From Azolla caroliniana (lineage: Eukaryota > Plantae > Polypodiophyta): 64,000 nt of DNA. The position numbers and the translations under genes were made by a program. The notes under the pieces are model-generated. The model saw only the letters and a program-made list of their open reading frames with translations. It was not told the DNA's origin and did no database searches. Every line of letters begins with the position of its first letter. Positions within the stretch are counted from its first letter, which is position 1. Positions 51,560-64,000 of the stretch are shown one piece after another. The stretch is from assembly GCA_043228905.1 (NCBI GenBank), contig JBHGNT010000007.1:13392001-13456000 (forward strand). The letters are read 5' to 3'.

Positions 51560-54500
51560 TCCCCATCTATTGAGAGAATTCTAAGCTATGACAATTCCTA
51601 TTTGAGGTTACATTATTGAGTTCAATAGCTTTGTGATGAAATTCAAATTTGGATTGCGGTACTGATTTTGTAAGAAAATCAGCAACCTGTTGCTTTGTAG
51701 GAGTATAATTCAAGATGATGATTGCCTTATCTCCTTTGGTTCCTTCTATCAATTATTTTACATAAAAATACTTGTAGTCAATATGTTTAGTATTTTTGGG
51801 AACTTTCAATATGATGATACAAGATCAGTTGTCCATTCCTAAGGTGAAGTTTGAAAATGTTGGTGTATTAAGTCTTGTGATGTAATCAGGTAATAACTCA
51901 AACAGTAGTATTTGAAGCCATATGCCTTCTTTGGTGGCATAGGCAGTGGCTATAAATTCTGCTTCAGTTGATAATAAGGCAACTGTTTTTTACTTCTTGC
52001 CTTTCTAAGATATAGCTCCACGAGCTATGCTAAAACCATAACCGGTTATTGAATGTCTTGTATCTTTAGCACCATTGTAATCAGCATAACACCATCCTAT
52101 AATTGTAATCATAGGATAACCTAAGGTAGCGAACTTGAGGTACTGGAAAACTTAATCAGTGCATCGAAGTGTGGTTTACCAGGGTTCTGCATAAATCTTG
52201 ATAAATGGCCAGTGATGTAGCATAAATCTGCTCTGGTGCATGATACAAGATACCTTAGACTTCCAAGCTCTCAATATAGTTGAGTTCCCATCTCTTTTAT
52301 TTCTTCAGGGTCTTTGGGAGCCATGTCAGACCTGAGTTTGAGTCGTGAGACAGCAGGTAAAGGTGATGGGTTGAATCAATCATTTTGTACTTGTTGAGGA
52401 TGTCTTCTGTGAATTTTCTTCGACATAGTTGGATGCTATTATTTGGACTCTATGCCTAGCATGTAGTGAAGGATCAAAGTGCTCAACTTGATTGTTAATC
52501 ATCAAAGTGTCATCCACATAAACAACTCAAATGAGCGTGCGATTACCATTATGCCGCGTGTAGAGGTTTTGATTTGATCCGAGTCTTTTATATCCTTTGT
52601 TGATAAGAAACTGATGTAGCGTATATTGCCAGATTCCAGGGCATTATTTTAATCCATATATAAGGTTTTCTTCAATATACATACAAATTCAGCATTATTG
52701 TTATCTTTAAAATACATAGGTTGCACCATGTAGATGGGTTGATCTAAGTCACTATTGAGAAAGGCCGTTTTTATATCAATTTGGTGGATGTAGAGGTTAA
52801 GGTGGTAGAGAAGGTTTTATGAAAGTCAATACCTACTACTTGATTGACACAACTACACTAATTGTTGTTCTAAGGCTTGTGATAATGAGCATGGCAGAGA
52901 CGGTTTTATGAAACTCAATACTTGCTACTTGATCGAAGCCAGTAGCAACTAACCTTGCTCTATGACAATGTAAAGATTGATGCGGATTTAGTTGAATGTA
53001 AGGAGCAATTTTCTTGTGATGACTTGACAATCTCTTGGGCAAGGTACTCAAGTTTTTTCATTTATTGATTCGATTTCTGATGTCATAACCACCCACCAAT
53101 TATCTGCTTCCAGACCTTCTAGTGCAGTGGCTACATTTTGGATTTTGTGACTAGCATCATCATCGAGGAGAGACATGCTTGGCTTCAATTGTGGGGTTAA
53201 GAAAACATTAAAGTTGTGGGCAGTGGGTTTGGTGCGATTTTTCTTGCATGAGTTTAAAAGAGTGTTGAATGTGGTTGAAGATATGTGTATGCTTTGGTCT
53301 TTAACCTTTCTGACATGCATTATTGAATAGATTTGGATTTGGGTGGGTAACTTTGATGACTTAGTAGTGATGTGCATGGTGGTGTACAAGTTCAAATGGG
53401 TTTGGAGGAAAGTTGTGGAGTGGTGGGTATTTCGGAGTGAGCATTGGAATATCATAAGGAAAGGATAGATGAATGGGAGTAGGTTCTTGATGAGGTTGTA
53501 GAAGAGGTACAGATGGTATGGGTTTTGGAGGATGCTACCGGCATTAACTATGTGACTTATTACGTTTAGAATGAATAATCTAAAGAGTCATCTTCATCAA
53601 TTGTTTGGTCTTCTAAGTGATGATTAGGTCATTCATGGGAAGCGAGAAGTTTTTTGTTGAGAATCAAGCTCAACTTGTGTGAACATGTGCTTATGAAGAA
53701 AAGGATGATGTGTGAAAAAGTGTGAGCACACTTTATTGTAATCCGTGTAGTTGTCGAGTGTTAATGTGGTCAAAGAATATTAGATATTCTTATGACAAAA
53801 TCGCACTCAATTGGATATCTTGGTTAGATTCCACCAACACATCTAATATGGCAGTCCCTTGAGGACTTGTATATAAAACCCCCTTTGCCCATTCTATTTC
53901 GTTGATGATCTTTAGTTAATTAATATAGCTCTCTTCAGTGCATAAGCTGTCATCCCCCTACTGTGTATTTTCTTATTCTTTTTTGGTTATTGTCTCTGAT
54001 TTCATGTCTTGCTTATACACCCACTCACACACACACACACTACGCTTCTAAACACTCAACTCTACTAGAGTTAGATTCTTTACATGGTATCAGAGCGTGA
54101 GGGTTAGAGATCCTTCATTGAGCTCTACCATTGAAACTGTGAGCAGCTAGAGACGCTGTTTCAAACCAGCTATCGTCGCTGTAGTGTTGCACGGCAAGAG
54201 GATCACGTTAACAGAAGCATATGAATCAAGCTAAATCAGAAAGATGAATGCACAAATGGGTAGCGCACTTCCAACAGAGAAGTTGGACAGGCACAACTAC
54301 GCATCTTGGGAATATAAGATGCAGCCGTACTTAGTTGGGCAAGGGTATTGGAGTTATATCGAGGGAGCTCAAGAAACAGCCCCCGATATTATAAATCCCA
54401 ACTACCCCACATGGCAACAAGGCGCCAATAGGGTAATGTATTGTTTGGCATCACTTATGATATTTTTGGTTCAATTGGTTTTGTACAAGGTTTTTGTAGG

Positions 54501-55965
54501 CTAAGAAATGGGATAGGGCTTCAGATTTTTTGGGAGGAAGTTGATGATGTTGAAATGTGAAGAAAAGAGTTCCTGTTAGGGAGTGCACATTGGTCCACAT
54601 AGATTGGTGTGGATAAGTGGAGGGGATTTGTTGTGTATTGGTTTGAATGAGGATATGGATTTGAGGCATTGGATATTTTGATGGGTGAGATGAAAATAGG
54701 GTATAAGTCTTATGTTTTAAAACAAGAAATTGTATATGATGTGCCATTTGAGCATTGAATTGGATGAGACAAGAATTTACTTTGAAGGTAAGTGTAGCTG
54801 TATTCTGTTTCTTGGTTTACTGATGAGAGGTTCTTTGTGAGTCCTGGTACAAATTAGACTAGTTGAATCTGAAGGTACTTGTTGTTAGGTAGACTAACAG
54901 TGAGGATACCATATCCTTCAGCTTGTTTGGTGCTGTCATCCCCAAGGTGTGTACATCTAGAGGTGTGGTAAGCTCATTGTAGTGTGTACATTTTTGTTGT
55001 ATTTCATATATAGGTGGCACCAGTATCTAGGTACTAGAAAAGATGTAAACCTGTTGTGTTGGTTAGATTGGTATTAAATAAATACCTTTCTTCACCTGAT
55101 AATGGTGGTCTTTGTTGAAATTGGGACGTTCTAGCTTGAGGTCGTCTGCCTACTTCATGTTGTCTTGTTCAGCATTCTCTTTCTAAGAGAACTTGTCTCT
55201 TGCAATAATTGTATATTATTGGTTTGGTGCTTTGGTGATTGTATGTGTCTCTTTGCATATTTCTACAATCTTTCTCACAGTGACCTGGTCTTTTGCAGTA
55301 ATTGCAAAGAGATTCTCTTTGATTCTGGTTGTTGTGATTGTTTTGATGATTGCGCCTAATATTTACTAAATCAATTGGAATATTGTTGTGAATATTGGTT
55401 TGACTTGGGAATGGTGATTGCCATTACGATAGGAATTGTTGATTGGTCGGGATTGTTGTTGCTGAGCTTGGAGAAAGTATATTCTTGGTGAATTTTGCTG
55501 TTGAGTACAGCCAATGGTGGAGTTTAATAAGATTGGGCTATGAGGAAAAGGCACCAAGTAGGCTGTAGGGATTTTAAAAGCATGACTACATGTTTATTTG
55601 TGAATCCAAGGCTTGCAATGGTGCCTTGTTCTCAGAGTGAGCACCATACATGATTGTAGAAAGGTTTCAAAATTGTCATATTACATGTGGAAGTTTGTGA
55701 GTTGATTAAAACAAAGTGATAGCATGAATGTCTTCAGTCTTTTCATACTGTTTGCTAAGGCATTCTCACATAAGTCCGTTTGCTACATGGAACTGAATTT
55801 CAGATTGTGCTTCAAAATATTTAGCTTGCCATACTTGAAATTATGTATCTTTATTGCCGGGTTGGATTTGTTTTCATCTATGTATGCATATAGATGTAAC
55901 CTGCACAGATACATCTTCATCCATATTTTCCATGGTTGATAATTGGAAGCTCTAGTTTATCTATC
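51560..55965 (-). mobile_element. Highly decayed copia in intron 1 (RNase H/RT to gag), interrupted at about 53620-54452
   Basis: YTPTKQQVADFLTK, RARLVATGFDQ, IHQIDIKTAFL, VYVDD and protease LDTGATY remnants on the - strand. Confidence 0.75.
53700..54452 (+). mobile_element. Copia LTR + PBS + gag start (family of copia A), truncated; left boundary approximate
   Basis: TTTACA|TGGTATCAGAGC at 54085; gag MGSALPTEKLDRHNYASWEYKMQPYLVGQGYWSYIEGA. Confidence 0.8.
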
Positions 55966-55971
55966 AATTGC

Positions 55972-57240
55972 ATGGTATCAGAGCCTTAAGTTTCCACCAT
56001 CCCCCTTGTGCATTTAAAGCAATAAAACAAAAACTGGAAGATTCGATGTAGAAGACAAACCAAGAAATGGCTGTAGAATCACGAATCACAAATCAACAGC
56101 AGTAACAAGAACTAGCAAGGAAACAGAAGTCGATGACATCACAGAATTCTGACAGCAAGAAACCCTAAATTTGCCACCAACCCTTCTTTGTGAATCAAGA
56201 ATCATGTCCACAGAAAACCTAGATATTATCGCTGCTACAATACCCTTCTCAACATCAGTATCCAAATGTATCCGGATTGATGAGACTAACTGGAGCTGCT
56301 AATTATCGTCCATGAAAAATATGGATAAAGATATGTTTGGGCAGCTACCATCTAATATGGGCATATATAGATGAAATCAAACCTAAACCGGGCAATTAAG
56401 ATCCATAATTTCAAGTATGGCAAGATAAAGATTTTGAAGCACAATCTGAAACTCTATTCCATGTAGCAGACAAACTTATCTACCACATTTCAAAAAAAGA
56501 AACCACCAAAAAAATGTGGAAGTGCCTAAGCGAACAATATGAAGAGACCGACACAAATTCATGTCATTGCGTTGTTTCGTCAACCCACAACCTTCCACAT
56601 GCAAGAAGGTGACAATTTTGACACCTTTCTACAATCATGGAATTCACTCCTAGAACAATGCATCATTGTGGGCCTTGGAATCACAAATATACATGTAGAC
56701 ATTCTTTTAGCACACCTACCACCTAGCCGACACCTTTCTTCACAAACCAATCCAATCAATCGTAACAAAATGAACTAAGAATATACTTTCTCCAAGCTTA
56801 GCAACAACAATCCCAATCAATCAACAATTCCCGTCACGATGGCAATCACCATTCCCAAGTGTAACCAATATTCACAACAATATTCCAATAGATTTAACAA
56901 ATTGTATCAGCACAATCATCAAAACAGTTACGACAACCAGAATCAAAGAACATCTCTCAAAAGACCAGTTCACTGCGAGAAAGATTGTAAAAATAAGCAA
57001 AGAGACAGATCCAATCAACAAAGCACCAAACCGATAACATACAATTATTGCAAGAGACTAGATCACTTGGAAAGAGAATGCCTTCAACAAAATCCACCAT
57101 CATTGGGTGAAGAAAGGTACTTATTTAATATTAACGGCTAAAGACCAAAGCATACGCATCCCTTCCACCACATCCAACACTCTGGATGGGAAAATATCCA
57201 GGACTTCTTATGTTTGACCCTTTAAGATGAGTGTTAGTTC
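55972..57240 (+). mobile_element. Copia PBS + decayed gag, an inverted counterpart of 55070-55965
   Basis: TGGTATCAGAGCC at 55972; CNYCKRLDHLEREC-like knuckle; matches the reverse complement of the upstream gag. Confidence 0.75.
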
Positions 57241-57290
57241 ACATGTTTACTAGTCAGTGTTTCACGTTCACTTTGTTGTTTTTTTTATAG

Positions 57291-57538
57291 GAAAGCAGCA
57301 TCACAAGATTGTCAGAGACTGACTGTGTGCATCCTCGGAGTCCGGCTTTGGTTCTTGGATTATTAGCTGCGATTACACTACTTATTTCTCAAGTAATCTC
57401 AGTCTGTCTTGGAGGCTGCATTTGTTGCAAATCGGGGTCGAAAAATCTCTGGGTGGCATCCAAATACACACAGACACGAACAGAGATACAGATGCCAATG
57501 CCTATGATTCTCGCTGTTAGCTTCTTAGTTCTCTCTTG
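57291..57538 (+). CDS. DUF1218-family protein, exon 2
   Basis: TTTTTTATAG acceptor, ESSITRLSETDCVHPRSPALVLGLLAAITLLISQVISVCLGGCICC...FLVLS(W), GTAAAG donor, phase 2. Confidence 0.9.
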
Positions 57539-57928
57539 GTAAAGAAAAATCTAATGAAATAACCTTACGTGCTTTGAATCACAAATTTTAGATGTCTTGT
57601 GACTAATATATGCATAATGTGATTATCTCTTATTGATGTGATTGCATTGATGTATAATTACACTTTGCCTCTATAGCGTCATGAATGGATTTAATGGGCT
57701 GCTTACTGACCTAGTTGAAGTTTGACTTTAGTGTATGTTTATGTATAGGTCTAGATTCAAATCATAGCTATTGATACTTTAGTCAATTGGATGGTGTTTC
57801 ACAAACTAAGTGTACCTATCTTTTGCCTAAATGGTTCCCACTAGACTATGAGTAACCTAGGTCTATGTAATTGACTCTGTTAATGTATGATTTGGTCATG
57901 CTTGTAAACCATTTTCCTATGCACAAAT

Positions 57929-60900
57929 TGTTGGAGGGTGCCAGCTCTAGACCTGCACTCTCTTTCATCATTATTATCTCTCTTTTACATTTACTCTTCC
58001 TAGATTCTTCTCTCTCTAGAATTTGCAACTCTTTAAATGCCTTCTCTCCCTAGAATCTACAACGCTTTAAATGCCTTCTTTCTCCTCCACTTTTTCCAAG
58101 ATATTCCCTTTTATTCCTTGTTTATTGTAGCTGTTTGGTAGTACAAGAGTCTCTTAATTACCAAACAACTAGTCCCAATTTTGTATAAATAGGCTATACC
58201 AGCCTCTTTTGTAAGAAGTTTATTTTCTGCTGCTACTTAAAAACAAGCTCTATTCTTTGGCTGTGTCTCTACTCTTTGCAACCATTTTTTCTACTGTTGT
58301 CTAACAGCCTTCTCACAACTTGGCTGTATCTAATTTGTTCTAACAATTGCTCCGTTGCTGCTATTAACAACATTTCTCGCATGGTATCAGAGCAGTGAGG
58401 TCTCCATATCCTCAGCCTGATTTTTTTTTGCCAAAGAGCACACAGACCCGTTTATGGAATGTAGTCAATGGTAATGACAAGAAACTGCTAGTAACTTCAT
58501 TCTCTTCAACCAAATCAGTTGCTAGCTCATCTAACGCTGAGATTGAAGCTTCGCTAGATAAGGATTCTCGTGCTCATGCTTTTCCTCATGTTTAATATTA
58601 AACCGAGCATCGCTTGTCAATTTCAAAATAAAGATGAAGAGACAGCCAATGAACTATGGACAGCCATCAAAAAGAGGTATCATCGAGCTAATCATGCTCA
58701 AATAATAGCTATTGAGAGCCAACTAGCAAATCTCAAGATTCATGACACTCCCAACATCATGGATCAAATAACACAATTTTTTACTCTCCAAAAGGAACTA
58801 GTTTCTTTGGGAAGCAAGTCAACTGAAGTTGAGTTTGTGCATCGTCTAATGATAAAGTTGCCTGAGTCATTCTCAGCCTATTGTGACACAATTTCTCTTC
58901 TTCCCAACACACCTGATATGAATACATTTCTTGGCATGCTACAAGACAGGGCAACAAGGAAGAAAAGTGCTCAAACTTCCAATGAGACGCTTCTACATGC
59001 GACAAGTAAAGGCAAGTGGAAGCAAAATGGTAACTCTTACAACAAACCCAATCCAAGACCACCAAACAACCCAGCCTACAAGGAGCTCACTTGTCATTAT
59101 TGTGGCTACAAAGGTGACATTCAGCCCGATTGTCGGAAAAAGAAAAGGGACAATGCTAAGAACTCTTCTTCTACCGAAAATCAACCTACACCAAAATCCA
59201 ACTCGGCCCACTCAGCCCAGTCAGCCAAAGAAACAGTTTTCCTTGGCATTGAGGAACATACTTCACATTTGGCTGGAAAAACTACCTCAACCATTGATGA
59301 GTGGTTGGTAGATAGTGGTGCCACTTCACACATGACCTATGAAAAATCCATTTTGCATGATGTGAAGCCTAGCACCTCCCAAATCTCCATAGGAGATGCC
59401 TCAAGCATTGAGGCTTCATGTGTGGGTAATGTGTTTCTTAACAGTTCTTCAAATGAAGAACCTGTCATTCTTCAAGATGTGCTACAGGTGCCTCGCATCT
59501 CTGCCAACCTACTTCCAGTCTAGCAAATCACTAAGGAAGGTTATGGAGTCTACTTTGATAGCTCAGTTTTGGAAGTCATTGACACCAACAGCCTACAAAT
59601 TGTAGCTAGTGGCACACAAGAAGGGGGTTTATACGGCCTGAAAAGTTCCCACGGCCCCTTGGAAAAATCCAAATCTCATCTTCTTCAAGGCTCTCATGCC
59701 TTGGTGGCACAAGAAGATCCCATGTTGTGGCATGCTAGGTTCGGTCACCTCAACTACGATTCTTTACAAAAGCTCTCCTCTTCACAATTAGTGAAGGGTC
59801 TGCCTATTTTCAAAACTCCCAATACCCCATGTGTTGCTTGTCTTCATGGAAAGCAACATCGAGAGCCTTTCCCTCATGAAGCCACTCACCGTGCAACATC
59901 TATCTTGGAGTTAGTGCACATTAATCTTTGTGGTCCCATGAAAGTGACTACTCTTGGTGGTGCACGCTACTTCATGCTCATCATTGATCATTTCTCCCGC
60001 AAGGTTTGGGTTTATTTTCTCGTGGAAAAATCTCAAGCATTAACAAAATTTCAAGAATGGGTAGCTCTTGTGGAGAACGAGACATCAAAGAAAGTTAGAA
60101 AGATCAGGTCCGACAATGGTGGAGAGTTTATCTCCTAAGCTTTCCACCATTTCTGCTCTCAACGAGGCATTGCTCGCCAATTTTCTACACCCAATGCTCC
60201 TCAACAAAATGGAGTTGTAGAAAGGAAGAACCGGACAGTCCAAGAGATGGCTCGTACGATGCTATCTCAATCTGATCTTCCTCTCTCGTTTTGGGGTGAA
60301 CCTGTCAACATAGCAGTCCACATCATCAACTGCTACCCAACAAAAGCAGTTGCTGCAATGACCCCTGCAGAAGCATTTACGGGTGTAAAGCCCTCAGTAT
60401 CTCATTTTAAAATCTTTGGTTGTGATACTTATGTTCACTTTTCAGATCATAAAAGGACTAAATTTGAGTCCAAAACCAAGAAATGCAAATTTCTTGGTTA
60501 CAACACACAATCTAAAGCATACAGGTTATGGGATTTAGAATCAAAGTCCCTAGTCATCTCTAGGGATGTTCATTTTGTGGAGTCTAAGCCGGATGACTCT
60601 AGGATTTCATTTAAGTTCACGGTCGAAATCCCAGCTGCTCCAGAATCTCCAATTTTAGATGAAGATGTCTCACCTTCAAGCCCCCATCTCCTCCTATTCA
60701 ACCTCTAACTTTGTCAACAATTCAAACCTCTCCCTCACCTCCACTCGTTTCCCCTACCTCTATACACCAACTTCCACCGCTTCCCAAGTGGCTTCAAGCC
60801 ACCATTCGTGATTCTCATCTCTCCGATGCTAAACTTCATGAGTATACATCTAGTTCTCTAACCAACATGAAAAGAACACGTAGGTCACAACAGCCTCTTC

Positions 60901-61633
60901 ACTCATGCAACTTTGCCTTACTATGCATTGATGTGCAATCACAAGAACCCACAACAACAAAAGAGGCCCTTGTTCTTCCAAACTGCAAACCGGCAATGGA
61001 AGTTGAACTTGATTACATTGAGCAGAATCATACATGGGAGCTGGTCTAATGGCCTACTCACAAGTCGTCAACTTGCCATATTGTCCTACTCAAGAAAATG
61101 TGGCTGATTTATTTACTAAGCCATTCATCAACTCCTTGGTCAACTCAATGTTCGACCGCCATTCTGGAGCTGAGAGGAGGTGTTGGAGGGTGCCAGCTCT
61201 AGACATGCACTCTCTTTCATCATTATTATCTCTCTTTTACACTTACTCTTCCTAGATTCTTCTCTCTCTAGAATCTGCAACTCTTTAAATGCCTTCTCTC
61301 CCTAGAATCTACAACGCTTTAAATGCCTTCTTTCTCCTCCACTTTTTCCAAGATATTCCCTTTTATTCCTAGTTTATTGTAGCTGTTTGGTAGTACAAGA
61401 GTCTCTTAACTACCAAACAACCATTCCCAATTTTGTATAAATAGGCTATACCAGCCTCTTTTGTAAGAAGTTTATTTTCTGCTGCTACTTAAAAACAAGC
61501 TGTATTCTTTTGTTGTGTCTCTACTCTTTGCAACCATTTTTTCTACTGCTGTCTAACAGCCTTCTCACAGCTTGGCTGTGTCTAATTTATTCTAACAATT
61601 GCTCCGCTACTGCTATTAACAACATTTCTCACA
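57929..61633 (+). mobile_element. Copia element in intron 2 with both LTRs; RT almost wholly deleted
   Basis: 453-bp LTRs 57929-58381 and 61181-61633, PBS at 58382, PPT GAGAGGAGG, TSD CAAAT/GAAAT. Gag with CHYCGYKGDIQPDC, WLVDSGATSH, LWHARFGH and integrase RSDNGGEF. NHTWELV jumps directly to YCPTQENVADLFTK. Confidence 0.95.
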
Positions 61634-62273
61634 GAAATGAGGCCCCCACTTCTCCTCATATTTCATATCGTGAGAGCCTTCACGCATTCGTGCAACACAC
61701 GAAGGGAGCCCACAAAGGCAATGTGCGGCATGAGCCTGCAAAAAGGAAATTAATAACATTACTGCATGATCATGCTTATGCTTGTAACACATTTTCCTAC
61801 ATAAAAAATAGACACAGACTTTGTTGATGATCCACATACCTACCTAGAAGGGTGCTTATAGTTTCATGCCCAATTTCTGTTGTGGCAATCATTGTAATAA
61901 GGTGCCTTTATAGACTTTTTGTGACTCGTTGTAGAGTCAAAATCCTTGGCAATTGAAAAGAAACAAATTTAAAACTCTTGAATGTTAATCTCGAGCAATT
62001 ATATGTGTTATTTGATTTACATGGTAATTTTATCCCCTTACTCAAATTATATTTTATATTGGAGTGATTATATGGTGAGGCATCCATTTTTTCTCTCTTT
62101 CAGTGATTGACCTGGGGCATTTAGGGAAATGAAGAAAAAACTGGGTGGTATTTTGGTGTTTTTCCCTTCAAATTTTGTAGTACAAAAATATAATGATATA
62201 GAGTAAATGCATTGCAATACACAAAATTTTTACTACATTTGTCTTCAGGCATGTGAACATGATCTAATTGCAG

Positions 62274-62595
62274 GATGCTGTTTTCGATTGCTTTTCTTCT
62301 CCTTGTTTCTAGTGCGATCATTAATGAAAAGCGCCATGATCTGGATAATCTCTCAAGTGAGTGCATTGTTTTAAGATCTGGAGTATTTACAGGGGGGGCG
62401 TTAGCTTCCTTTACTACTACTGCCCTTGGGATTGCATATAACTTGCTAGTGATCTCTATAAAAAAAGTAACTTCTTCAAGTAGATATGGTACTGACGAAA
62501 ATCAAGGTCCTTCCTTTTCTGGTAAGAGGTGCTCTGCCATCGGTCAACTTTTCTTTTCAAATGAGCAACATATATGTACGGGTACACCTGCTTAA
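62274..62595 (+). CDS. DUF1218-family protein, exon 3 (spliced CDS 663 nt, 220 aa)
   Basis: TTGCAG|G completes the Trp codon; MLFSIAFLLLVSSAIIN...CIVLRSGVFTGGALASFTTTALGIAY...TAA. Confidence 0.9.
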
Positions 62596-63419
62596 TTTTT
62601 CTCCAGTAGAATATTGTTATTATCATTATTATTATATGATTATTTGTCAAGCGTTTATTGATTGACACAGTCAAGACGGCTCAAAGTTGATCTATTTGAA
62701 GAGATCAAAGAGTTCTCTATCTCCTTTGTTAAATTTCTTAGGATGTTTTTTGTTATACCTATTGTCGAAGATACTTGTCATATATAAAATGGTTTACATA
62801 CATATTGCAAGTATGAGATGTCCAAGGACATGAAACATTTAGTTTATTCAAATGGTGTTTGTTTTCTGTTCATGACTTAAAATAAATGTAAATCAGCCAC
62901 GTCACTTGTGATGCTATTTTTCTATGCTTAATATATGCAATTTTTTGTAAATGGAGAAATTAGGAGTAGAGTTTTTTGATTCTGCAATACAATATCATGC
63001 TAAAGGAAAAGAAAACAAAAGTATTGGGATGAAAAAAAATGAGAGGATGACCATCATGTTCACTGCTCCTGAAATTAACGAGGAAATTCATTCCCTACGA
63101 CATTGTTATATCCAACCCTAAAGAGAGATGGTTACATGCTTAGACAAGAAGAACAACTTATGGTATAATAGAACTTGAACAAAGTATGCCAACTTTTATG
63201 GAGTTTTGACCTTTCAAGGGGTCACTCACCAAAGACAACCCGTATAACGTCATCAAAGAAAACACAGATTACCATCATACAGATGTGAACGTTGCAAAGA
63301 GAATCAAATGAGAACCTGGGATGTTGAAAAATAGAAATACTATGATGTGAGTTTACGCAAGACCTTCCATGGGAGGCAGAGAGGGGAGCCAAACAAATCA
63401 CCACCGATTTAATGATTTT

Positions 63420-64000
63420 CTTGCTAATGTCCTCATTGGTTCTGATTGAGTAACTGTAGGACCTCATTGGGCAAGTCTTATCAACATATGCGTGCAACTT
63501 TGCTCTCATGTATTTCCAACTCTGCTAATGTGTAGATGCCTTGGATCCATAGACATAAATTCCTTTTCTTCAAGCTGTTAATTGATTGATCAATCTTCTG
63601 TAAGTGTTTATGACACTTCCTGAGTCATTCATCCTACCAACAATAGCATAGAGATTTGGTAATGGTTCATAAGCTAAGGCACCTCAACAATCCAACACAA
63701 GAATAAGTTGGGATACTTATTTCTCCCTAATGGTATGAAAAGAGGAGCTGGAGTCAAACAACAACTACCCATCTAATGACTACCTTGCTAATGTCCTCAT
63801 TGGTTCCTATCATGTGTATTCTGCTTGGTGAAGTCTTATCAATATATGATTGCCATCAGGATCTCATGCATTGCCAAATTGGTTAACTATAGAACTAACC
63901 AGTGGCATCCTAGGCATAATAAATTTCTTTCTTTCAAGCTATTAATTGATCAACCAATTTTCCTTAAGAGTTTATGACACTTTCTGAGTCATTCATCTTA
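63420..64000. repeat. Diverged direct duplication of about 210 bp, origin unknown
   Basis: TTGCTAATGTCCTCATTGGTTC...TTTATGACACTT.CTGAGTCATTCATC at about 63421-63633 and 63785-63997. Confidence 0.7.

Noticed and set aside
63222-63509. 95-aa minus-strand ORF as an exon of a neighbouring gene
   Set aside because: No family motif or convincing splice structure; it overlaps a diverged local duplication.

Overview
This is eukaryotic land-plant DNA, most likely a moss or other bryophyte (inferred from the Tcn1-type chromovirus, the Sola-like transposase and the DUF1218 gene). About 43 kb at the left is a nest of decayed Ty1/copia and Ty3/gypsy LTR retrotransposons. Most of their LTRs, PBS/PPT and target-site duplications (TSDs) can be resolved, and nesting goes up to five levels. 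The right part has hAT-type MITEs, a LINE fragment and one intact three-exon host gene (DUF1218 family, 220 aa) whose two introns are filled with copia elements. The standout is an 8.5-kb DNA transposon at 3713-12208, with 36-bp TIRs and a 4-bp ACAA TSD, inserted in-frame into a chromovirus protease. Besides a Sola1-like transposase it carries a divergently oriented six-exon cargo gene. That gene encodes a ParB/Srx-like domain fused to a bacterial-type beta-class N4-cytosine/N6-adenine DNA methyltransferase, and its first intron holds an array of 39-bp palindromes. Both genes are pseudogenised in this copy. Also notable are antisense tRNA-like (Pol III A/B box) modules in the U3 of three LTR families, LTR families making 4-bp TSDs, and a roughly 0.9-kb-arm inverted repeat in the host gene intron. 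All calls are from manual reading and motif recognition; no database searches were run.
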